The translations under genes and the position numbers were made by a program. From Planctomycetota bacterium (lineage in GTDB: Bacteria > Planctomycetota > GCA-002687715 > CAIWVZ01), in NCBI GenBank assembly GCA_044222185.1, contig JBGANV010000001.1, positions 800,001-864,000 on the forward strand: 64,000 bases of DNA, given 5' to 3'. Below the pieces are notes generated by a model. It saw nothing but the letters and a program-made list of their open reading frames with translations. It did no database searches and was not told the DNA's origin. Of the stretch, positions 19,299 through 27,100 are shown piece by piece; position 1 is the stretch's first letter, and each line of letters starts with the position of its first letter.

Positions 19299-20879
19299 GT
19301 GAAGCGTCAACGATCATTGTCCGTACTTGCGGTCGCAGCGGTCATGGCTGCGTCCGTCGTCGCGCAGGCGTACTGCGTTCCACAGGCGACTGGTTTCAGC
19401 TGCGCCTTCGGTGACGAGTACATCCAGAACGTCACATTCGGCACGATCAACAACTCGTCCACCTGCGGCACGCCGCCGGGCTACGAGGATTACACGGCGA
19501 CCGTCCCCGCCGTCACCGTCTTCCCTGGGATCACCTTCCCCGTGACGGTGACCATCGGCTCCTACTGGAGCACGGATCGGATCTACGTGTTCTTGGATAC
19601 GAACGGTGACGGCACGTTCCAGGCCTCGGACCTTCTCACGACCATCATCCCGACGGCAACTGGCACCGGCGGACCGCCTCAGACCGTCACCGGCAACGTC
19701 ACGATCCCCGCGACGGCGCCGATCGGCCTCACCACGCGTCTGCGCTTTCGCCTCTCCTACGGCGCGCTGACGGCCGGGAACGAGGCGTGCGCGAACGCGA
19801 CCTTCGGCAACTGCGAGGACTACACGGCGACGATCGCGTCACTCGTGCCCGAGTATCAGGTCAACCAGGCGGGCGCCTCGTTCGACATCGACGGCGTGAA
19901 CGGATCGGTGGTCGCTCCGGCGAACGTCACGCGTTGCGTCGGCCAGACGCTCACGGTGAATTTGAACTCGACCGCCGTCGGCAGCCCGTGGGATGTCGCC
20001 CTCTCGCCCCTGGCGCTCGTCCCGGCCTCCGGCGGCGGCGTGACGCTGGGCAGCGAGATCGTCAACATCAACCTCAGTGCGTTCTCGTTCCTCTTCGGCG
20101 GGTTCGTCCTCCCGTTTGCACCGGCGTCGCTGCCGGCGTCGCTGCCGGCGTCGCTCGGAATCCCGGCGAGCCTGTCGCTGCAGATGGCCATCCTCACGCC
20201 GGCCTCTCCCGTCGGCGTGTTCCTGAGCCAGGGCACGCAGCTGAACACCGTCGGTGGCACGGTCGTCGGCGGCCCCGCTGGCGATGACGTCGCGTTGGCG
20301 GTGGCGCTCGGTGGCGGCCCAGGCTGTGGCCCAGGCGCGGTCACGTTCTTCGGCACGTCGTACACGACGATGCAGGTGGTCACGAACGGCCGGGTGATGT
20401 TCGGCACGGCGAACACCTCGTTCGCCCCGTCGGCCACCACGGCGTTGACTGATTCGCCGAGCGTTGGTTGCTGGACGGACTACGACACGACCTTCGGCGG
20501 CAGCATCAACGTCGACTACACCGTTCCTGGCGTCGTCTCGGTGAACTACGTCGGCATCGAGTACTACGGCCAGACGGGCACGGCGAACACCTACTCGATC
20601 GTGTTCGACACGGCGACGGGCTACGTCACGCTGGCGAACCTCAACACGCTCGCAGCGCAGCTGACGGGCAACTCCGCGAACATGTGGACCGGTATCTCGC
20701 CCGGTGCGGCCGGTCTCGCCACGAACCCGGGTCCGACCGCGTTCTCTCCGGCTGGCTCCGGCGCTCCCGCGTCCCCGACGGACGAGATGTACCTGTTCGG
20801 CACGGCCCCTCAGAACGCGGGCTGCGCCAACATCATCTTCATCCCCACGGGCACCAGCTATGCATGGACCGCGAACTGA
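19299..20879 (+). CDS. Exported GEVED-domain protein, paralog of 2112..3692
   Basis: AAGGAG RBS then GTG 19299; colinear with 2112 over its full length (EYIQNVT, PPGYED, GNCEDY, YQVNQAGA, LSQ, GPxGDD, NGRxMFG, APQNAGC). Confidence 0.88.
   Translation: MKRQRSLSVLAVAAVMAASVVAQAYCVPQATGFSCAFGDEYIQNVTFGTINNSSTCGTPPGYEDYTATVPAVTVFPGITFPVTVTIGSYWSTDRIYVFLDTNGDGTFQASDLLTTIIPTATGTGGPPQTVTGNVTIPATAPIGLTTRLRFRLSYGALTAGNEACANATFGNCEDYTATIASLVPEYQVNQAGASFDIDGVNGSVVAPANVTRCVGQTLTVNLNSTAVGSPWDVALSPLALVPASGGGVTLGSEIVNINLSAFSFLFGGFVLPFAPASLPASLPASLGIPASLSLQMAILTPASPVGVFLSQGTQLNTVGGTVVGGPAGDDVALAVALGGGPGCGPGAVTFFGTSYTTMQVVTNGRVMFGTANTSFAPSATTALTDSPSVGCWTDYDTTFGGSINVDYTVPGVVSVNYVGIEYYGQTGTANTYSIVFDTATGYVTLANLNTLAAQLTGNSANMWTGISPGAAGLATNPGPTAFSPAGSGAPASPTDEMYLFGTAPQNAGCANIIFIPTGTSYAWTAN
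20121..20156 (+). repeat. In-frame 12-bp tandem repeat (CCGGCGTCGCTG x3, encoding PASL)
   Basis: Three adjacent copies (the last ends in C); a diverged fourth PASL follows after GI. Confidence 0.85.
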
Positions 20880-20955
20880 GATCCGCGGCGCAAGGCAGCC
20901 GCGCACCGTGACGGTCACACCGGCCACTGGGTGAGCTGCCGGCACTCCATTCCGC

Positions 20956-20998
20956 ACGACGCCCGTGAGGCAGATGCCTCACGGGCGTCGTCGATTTT
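20956..20998 (+). terminator. Perfect 17-bp inverted repeat, likely intrinsic (possibly bidirectional) terminator
   Basis: ACGACGCCCGTGAGGCA-GA-TGCCTCACGGGCGTCGT then CGATTTT, between convergent genes. Confidence 0.7.
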
Positions 20999-21102
20999 CG
21001 GGCAGATGCACGCAGTACGGCGTCGCTCTCCGGCCAAGGACTCGCATCCGTCGTCGCCGGCCTTCCGCTGATGAATCCACCCCCCGCGCTACGCGCCGGA
21101 GG

Positions 21103-23619
21103 TCAGTCGAGCCGCTGAATGCGTCCACGATCTCCGTCGACTCGGATCCTGTGCCCCTGCACGAGATCCGTGAGGCATCCCCGCACACGGACCACCGCCG
21201 GAATGCCGAGTTCGCGAGCCGTGACGGCGCCGTGCGAGAGCATTCCACCGCACTCCGTCACGACGGCGACCGCGCTGCTGAACAGCGGCGTCCATGCGGG
21301 GTTCGTCGTCACGGCCACGAGGACCGAGCCGCGCCGGAACCCGGCGAAGTCGGCGGGGGATCTCACCAGTGCGGCACGCCCTTCCGCGACCCCGGGGCTC
21401 GCACCGATTCCCTCGAGGCCGCCGCGCGTCGAATGCGGCTCGCACGGCAGGCTTGCGGCCACCCACGGCGGAGCCATGCTGCGATGCTCGGCGTAGCCGG
21501 TCTTCTCCATGCGGATCGCGCGCGCGAGTTCAGCCCACCCTTCCGTGCAGTCTCGATTGAGCGCGTTTCGCAGCGCGGCGCGGTCGGTCATGAAGAGATC
21601 CATGGGATCGTCGATGAGGTCCCGGCGGTGCAGCCGCGTGCCGAGCTCGCGCACGACCCGGCGCAGAAGCAGACCGAGCCGAGTCGTTTCGTAGTGTTCG
21701 AGGTCGTCGAGGGCCGTGTAGACACGGGTGAGGCGCAGGACCTCCGAGAACAGGAAGTGAAGTTCACGGGGGAGGCGTCCGTAGACCTCGCGCTCGGCAT
21801 CGACCATCCGGAGCCTCACGCCCGCCTCGACCTCGCCGGGTGGTGGATCCTCCGCCGAAGTCAATCCGGGACGCACGATGTCGAGCAACGTCCACGGTGC
21901 GTCGATCCACGGCGGGTGGAATGGATCGAACTCGGTCTCGCGGTGGCCGTGGACGCGGAGGATGGAACGGAAGCGCCGCGACACGTCCGCGTCCTCATCG
22001 AGCTGACCGCTCTCGATGAACTCGCGCGACGGGTGGCCTTGGATCCGGGCGACGAGGCCCGGCACGCGACGGATCGCCGCTGCGAGCTCTCGGACCTCCC
22101 GATTGACGGCGGCCGTCTTCGTGTCGCACGCCGCGGTGAGTGCTTGCAGTCGCGCCGCGGCCTGAGTCTCGCCGACGGCCAGGCACAGGATCCGATGAAG
22201 GAACCGGAAGAGGTTCGCCTGCGTCAGGGAAATGGCGATGTTCGGGAGGAAATACTCCGTTCCCAGGTGCTGGATTCGTTCCAACGACGCCCACAGCTCA
22301 CCCATGCTGGCAGCGTCGAGTCGCGTCGCACCGATCTCGCCGACCGAGACGAGGTATTGGTCGAGATCGCGGGCCCACGCCCCAGGCAGTTCGCCGACCC
22401 AGGCGAACTTGCGTGCGATGGATGGAAGGCGGTCGCGAAGGTCGTTCAACGAGTCGACGGCGACCGGGGTGCGGCCCGCATACAGATCGACTGCCGTTTG
22501 GTTGCCGTACACGTAGTGGTCGAACACCGCGAACCATCGACCGTCGAACGGGGGCATGGACATCACCCGAAGCGAGTGAACGAGCGAGCGATGGAATGCC
22601 GTGTCGACGAAGTCCCAGGTCAAGCGCGTGAGGGCCGTCGGAAAGCGCTCGGCCGATTCATCCCGCGTCCAGCGAGGAGGCAGGGTCGTGATCGGGCGGG
22701 ACTGGAGGATCCGGATCTGCCCTCCGGCGATGCCCCACTCGACGTCCTGAGGGAACCCGGCATCGGCTTCGACGCGCAGCACCAGGTCGACGAGCGCATC
22801 CAGCGCCTGTGCCGTGAGGGCCGGACGGTTCCGGTCCTCGACGGAGGTAGGAATCGTGACCGTGCCGGAATCCGCGCCGACGACGTGCCGGAGCTTTGCA
22901 CCGACGATCGAGAGCCGGATGTCGCGCGACGCCTTCCCGAGGCGCCAATGGTCGCCGTCGGCGTCCCCGGTGACGACCGACTCGCCGAGGCCCAGGTTCG
23001 CATCCACCAGGACATCGTCCAGGGCGCCGGTGACGGGATTCGCCGTGAACGCGACACCCGCCACGTCGCAGGGCACCATCTCCTGGATCACGACGGCCAT
23101 GGCGCCCGGATTGGCGTTCAGTCCGCGCTGGACCCTGTAGGTGATCGCCGCGTCGGACCAGAGGGAAAGGAAGCAGTCGCGAATGCGATCGAGGAGCGCG
23201 GCAGTTCCGCAGTTCAGCCAGGTGGCGTGCAACCCTGCGAACGCCGCGCCCGCCGAATCCTCGAGAGTCGATGACGATCGGACGGCGAATCTCGTGTTGG
23301 GACCGAGTTCGCCGATGAGACCGGCGGCGGCTTCTGCCAGCGCTGGTTCGAGGGGAACGGTCGAACCCAGCTTGCGGATTCGTGCGTGCCTGCCACCCTC
23401 GTGCGGAAGGCGACTCGGTCCGTCGCGGAGGCGCTCCTGAACGAGCGCGAACCACCGTCCATACGCCACCGTCGTGACGACGAATCCACGCGGGACCGGA
23501 AACCCGCGACGGGTCAGCCGTGCGAGGCTCCCACCCTTTCCTCCGGCCATGGAAGTCGACTCGGCCTCCGGGTCATCCAGCCTGAGCACGAGCGAGCCGT
23601 GTGGATTGGTCGGATTCAT
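21103..23619 (-). CDS. PEP/pyruvate-binding ATP-grasp + central helical domain + His swivel domain protein (RPH/PigC-like architecture)
   Basis: GGKG, AVRSS..ED...FAG, MAVVIQEM, GLGESVV.G, PQDVEW, LQSRPIT; C-terminal GGMLSHGAVTARELGIPAVV; ATG 23619 overlaps the upstream stop (ATGA). Confidence 0.9.
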   Translation of the reverse strand: MNPTNPHGSLVLRLDDPEAESTSMAGGKGGSLARLTRRGFPVPRGFVVTTVAYGRWFALVQERLRDGPSRLPHEGGRHARIRKLGSTVPLEPALAEAAAGLIGELGPNTRFAVRSSSTLEDSAGAAFAGLHATWLNCGTAALLDRIRDCFLSLWSDAAITYRVQRGLNANPGAMAVVIQEMVPCDVAGVAFTANPVTGALDDVLVDANLGLGESVVTGDADGDHWRLGKASRDIRLSIVGAKLRHVVGADSGTVTIPTSVEDRNRPALTAQALDALVDLVLRVEADAGFPQDVEWGIAGGQIRILQSRPITTLPPRWTRDESAERFPTALTRLTWDFVDTAFHRSLVHSLRVMSMPPFDGRWFAVFDHYVYGNQTAVDLYAGRTPVAVDSLNDLRDRLPSIARKFAWVGELPGAWARDLDQYLVSVGEIGATRLDAASMGELWASLERIQHLGTEYFLPNIAISLTQANLFRFLHRILCLAVGETQAAARLQALTAACDTKTAAVNREVRELAAAIRRVPGLVARIQGHPSREFIESGQLDEDADVSRRFRSILRVHGHRETEFDPFHPPWIDAPWTLLDIVRPGLTSAEDPPPGEVEAGVRLRMVDAEREVYGRLPRELHFLFSEVLRLTRVYTALDDLEHYETTRLGLLLRRVVRELGTRLHRRDLIDDPMDLFMTDRAALRNALNRDCTEGWAELARAIRMEKTGYAEHRSMAPPWVAASLPCEPHSTRGGLEGIGASPGVAEGRAALVRSPADFAGFRRGSVLVAVTTNPAWTPLFSSAVAVVTECGGMLSHGAVTARELGIPAVVRVRGCLTDLVQGHRIRVDGDRGRIQRLD

Positions 23620-24794
23620 GGTGTCATCTCGCGACGAATCTGATCTCGTGCACTGCGGATGCGAGCTTCGAGGTCGGGAACCGTGATGCGGTTCCAAAGG
23701 CCGCAGGCGGACGCCCGTGCGCGATCCCACGAGAGGATCCCGAGCCACGTCACCAAGCTGGCGGAGGCGACTGCAATCGGGCCGGCGAACGCGAGCGCCA
23801 ACCCAAGCACGAGGGGTGTCCAGACGATGAGCATGGGAACGCCGGCGAGAAGTCGCCAAAGCGCGATGACGTTGCGATCGTCGGCAAACCGCCGCGCGGC
23901 CACGAACGCCGCCGCGAGGGGCGGCCCGTTGGCGATCGCCGCAAGCAGCACCAAGCCCCCGAGCACGGCGCAAACGGGGATGTCGAACATCCGGGTGCAC
24001 GGTGACGGTGCGCCGTGGTGGAACCACGCGCCTCGGGCGTGGGCTTCGCAGGTGAGCGAACGCAACACGCACCGTCGCGCCGCGTATCGCGGTTCCGAGA
24101 GTCTTCGCAGACAGCGGACGTAATTCCCCGGGGACGTCGCCGTGGCGAGCCCGGCCCAACTCTCGCAGATGGATTGCATCTCCGGATCGTCGAACCACGT
24201 GCCGACCCGATGGAGGGCTTCCTCGATCCGGCGGCGAAGCGTCTCGATCTGGCACTGTGGACGCATCGCGTGGGCAACCCTCGTGTCGATCGCTTCGCCG
24301 ACGACGACCTCGACGGCGCTACGGAATGCAGGCCCGTCACAGTAGTGAACGCCGAGGGGGACGATCCTCACCGTGATTCCGCGTTCGACGCAAGCATTCA
24401 CGATGAGGGCGGCCCCCCTGCGAACGGGCAATGGCCTCGGGCCGAGCGAACTCGTCCCTTCGGGGAACATCAAGACGTCTCGACCGGCGCCGAGGTGATC
24501 GACGCATCGAGCGATCGCCGCGTCGTTGGACCGATGGCCCTCCGGCGTCGCATTGCGGACGAGCGCGATTCCGTCCACGAATGCCCGGGCGATTCCGCGC
24601 TGCCACCGGGCTCCCACCACGAGGACGGGATCGCGCAGGACCGTCTCGTAGACGCAGACGTCGATGCCCCCGTTTCGATGGAGCCCCACGAAGAGCGTGC
24701 CTCCACGTTCCGGCATGGCGACGCCAGTGATGCCGATGCGTGTGAAGTAGATTCGCGCCATGAGGCGGCGAAGCCGTCGTCGGAGTTCGATCAC
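23616..24794 (-). CDS. PlsC-superfamily glycerolipid acyltransferase with C-terminal TM helices
   Basis: HRNGGID (HxxxxD), MFPEGTS, IVPLGVHY..FRS; hydrophobic C-terminus. Confidence 0.85.
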   Translation of the reverse strand: MIELRRRLRRLMARIYFTRIGITGVAMPERGGTLFVGLHRNGGIDVCVYETVLRDPVLVVGARWQRGIARAFVDGIALVRNATPEGHRSNDAAIARCVDHLGAGRDVLMFPEGTSSLGPRPLPVRRGAALIVNACVERGITVRIVPLGVHYCDGPAFRSAVEVVVGEAIDTRVAHAMRPQCQIETLRRRIEEALHRVGTWFDDPEMQSICESWAGLATATSPGNYVRCLRRLSEPRYAARRCVLRSLTCEAHARGAWFHHGAPSPCTRMFDIPVCAVLGGLVLLAAIANGPPLAAAFVAARRFADDRNVIALWRLLAGVPMLIVWTPLVLGLALAFAGPIAVASASLVTWLGILSWDRARASACGLWNRITVPDLEARIRSARDQIRREMTP

Positions 24795-25022
24795 GGGGCC
24801 AGGCTATCGACGGTGCGATGATTCGCCGCGCGACTTGTTCTGATCGCAGGGCTAAGTGCAGCTTTTTGACGACTCCGCGGGCGGCGCTCCGCGCGCACTC
24901 GACGATCGCCGTCGGCCGTGCGCGCCCATGGCCGTGCATGAATGCTCCGACGTACTCGGGATCCTTTGGGCGCGCGCCGCCGGGTCCTGTGTTATGTAGG
25001 GCGTCCAACCAACGGAGCTGTC

Positions 25023-25253
25023 ATGGTCGACAAAGCCACGTGTGACGCCGCACTGAAGGCGTTCAAGAAGCGACTGAAGGCGTACCAGAACGATGCACCC
25101 GGCAGTTCGGGTCCGGCCTCGCACCTGAAGGGACAGTCCCAGATCACGGCGATCCAGGGCCTGAATTCCTACCCTCAGGAGGTTTGGGAGGCGCTCGTCG
25201 CGGCCGGTCGCCTCCGGAAAGTGGGCCCCAACCTCTTCGAGTTGATGCAGTAG
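25023..25253 (+). CDS. Small basic hypothetical protein (76 aa)
   Basis: GGAG RBS before ATG 25023; LKAFKKRLK...YPQEVWEALVAAGRL...LFEL resembles a small planctomycete protein family (recalled, not verified). Confidence 0.7.
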   Translation: MVDKATCDAALKAFKKRLKAYQNDAPGSSGPASHLKGQSQITAIQGLNSYPQEVWEALVAAGRLRKVGPNLFELMQ

Positions 25254-25389
25254 TCGCGTTGCCAGCCTGGCGCGGCGGCCGGTCGGCCGCTGGTTCGGAT
25301 CTGAGGCTCGGAGGCTGTCGTGTTTCGACCGCGGACCTCAGGGTCGGCTGAGCTCAAGCGGGCGTCACCCCGGCGACGATCGCTTCGAT

Positions 25390-26298
25390 GTGCCTGTCGC
25401 CACATCCCGATCTCTAACTCGAGCCGAGATCGAAGACCGCATCGACACGTTGCCGACGCTGCCGACGGTGGTCACCGAAATCCTCGGACTCGACCCGGTC
25501 TCGGACGAGTTCTACCTCAAGCTCCGGGAGCTCGCGCTGCGGGACCCGCCGTTTGCCGTGCGCATTCTGGCCGTGGCGAACAGCGCCATGTTCTCGACCG
25601 TCGCTCCCGTCGTGTCGATTCCTGATGCACTCATTCGCCTGGGGGCGCGCCACACGGCGCAGCTGATCACGTCGCTGTCGGTCATGCGCGTCTTCGTCCC
25701 GACCACTGAAGGACATCGCAATCTTTGGCGCCACGCAATCCAGGTCGCAGTCGCTGCCCGGGCCATCGCGTGCCGGAGACCCGGCGACGTCGATCCGCAC
25801 CTGGCCTACGTGGCCGGTCTGCTTCATGACATCGGACGCTTCGTCCTGTTCGAGCACGATCCGGTCGACCTCGATGCCGTCGAGAAACGCCACTGGATGA
25901 CGCCGCTCGAACTCCTCGCGGCGGAGCGGGACGTCTGCGGTTTCGATCACACGGAGCTCGGATGGCGGGCGTGCCAGGTCTGGTCGGTTCCAGAGCCGAT
26001 CGGCGTCACGGTGCGCCTCCACCATCGACGGACGTTTGGCGCGGAGATCGACCCGGAACAGATCGCACTCATTCGCGTCGTGCAGCAAGCCGACGTCCTC
26101 AGTTGCCTGCTGCTCAATCAACCGGAGTTGGTCAGGCTGGACCCGTCCGCGCGCGAGGCGGCCATACGTAGGGCGGTCACTCCGGTCTGCGAAGGCGACG
26201 CGCGAGCGCCGAGCGCGTCCGAGTTATCGATGCTCGCGGCTCCGATCGTGAACGAGTGCGCCGAGCTGACTGCAGCACTGGGCCTGCGGGTGCACTGA
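25390..26298 (+). CDS. Stand-alone HDOD domain protein
   Basis: LPTLPTVV, DP...RIL.VANSA, LG, LWRH, AGLLHDIGR, E....GFDH..LG, W.VP. Confidence 0.93.
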   Translation: MPVATSRSLTRAEIEDRIDTLPTLPTVVTEILGLDPVSDEFYLKLRELALRDPPFAVRILAVANSAMFSTVAPVVSIPDALIRLGARHTAQLITSLSVMRVFVPTTEGHRNLWRHAIQVAVAARAIACRRPGDVDPHLAYVAGLLHDIGRFVLFEHDPVDLDAVEKRHWMTPLELLAAERDVCGFDHTELGWRACQVWSVPEPIGVTVRLHHRRTFGAEIDPEQIALIRVVQQADVLSCLLLNQPELVRLDPSAREAAIRRAVTPVCEGDARAPSASELSMLAAPIVNECAELTAALGLRVH

Positions 26299-26473
26299 CG
26301 ACGACGGTTCGGGAGCGCGCGACTTCGGACAGCGCACCGAGTGCGCAGGAATTGCACCGACCGGGCAAAAAAGGCCGACCGCGACTTCGAGTCCGGCGAG
26401 GACGGAGGCGCGTAGTTTGCGATGCCAGCTTCTCGACTGGCCACGGGCTACGTGCTCGGCCGAAGGACATTGA

Positions 26474-26872
26474 ATGACGAAGATCATGGTATTCGCGTCC
26501 GTCTCGGTGATTGCGATCCTGCTGTCGTCTGGATGCGGACAGCGGAACACCGTCCGAAGCCCGGAGGGGCGCGAGCTGGCGCTCACGAAGCCGGCGAACC
26601 TCGTACTGAGGCAGGGCGAGACGGCGAAACTCGAGGTGATGATCACCCGCAGGAACTTCTCGGACGAAGTCGGGCTCGACTTCGACGGCCTGCCGTCGGG
26701 GGTGAGTCTCGCAGGCGAGCAGAACGTCGCCTCCGGCGAATCCTCCCGCGTTCTCTCGATCGTCGCCAAGGATGACGCTGAACTCGTCGACCGGCGGATG
26801 ATCAAGGTCGAGGCGAAGGGTGGGGGCATCATTGTGAATCAGACCTTCGAGCTGACCGTCAGGCCGAAGTGA
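26474..26872 (+). CDS. Lipoprotein with an Ig-like beta-sandwich
   Basis: AAGGA RBS; lipobox LSSGC; GLPSGVS motif and alternating beta strands. Confidence 0.75.
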   Translation: MTKIMVFASVSVIAILLSSGCGQRNTVRSPEGRELALTKPANLVLRQGETAKLEVMITRRNFSDEVGLDFDGLPSGVSLAGEQNVASGESSRVLSIVAKDDAELVDRRMIKVEAKGGGIIVNQTFELTVRPK

Positions 26873-27100
26873 TCCGCCTGAGGAGACGACCGGCCGGAGG
26901 GATTTGTGATCGCCAGTGGAGCCCGCGGAATCGCGCCGATCGGAGGAGGTCGAGAATGACCGTCTCGACCGGTACGAACGACGCGAGCCGCGGCAAGGAC
27001 GACCGATGCCACAGGTCGGGAGCGGCACCACGCCCGGTCGAAAATGGCCGCGTGGCTCCGTCCCTCGGTCCTCGTGAGCCGCAGGCGCCGCTCGCAGCCG

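Noticed and set aside
20965-23274. 769-aa plus-strand ORF (likewise 41541..43889 and 758..2023 on the minus strand)
   Set aside because: Shadows of motif-bearing or better-supported genes on the opposite strand.
21103-23619. Call as rifampin phosphotransferase (rph) or ppsA
   Set aside because: Architecture matches RPH, but I cannot confirm rifamycin-binding residues; the TIM-barrel domain of PpsA/PPDK is absent.
23620-24255. 212-aa N-terminal extension of the PEP-utiliser ORF
   Set aside because: Overlaps the acyltransferase in another frame and is Arg/Pro-rich noise; ATG 23619 with the ATGA overlap is the sensible start.
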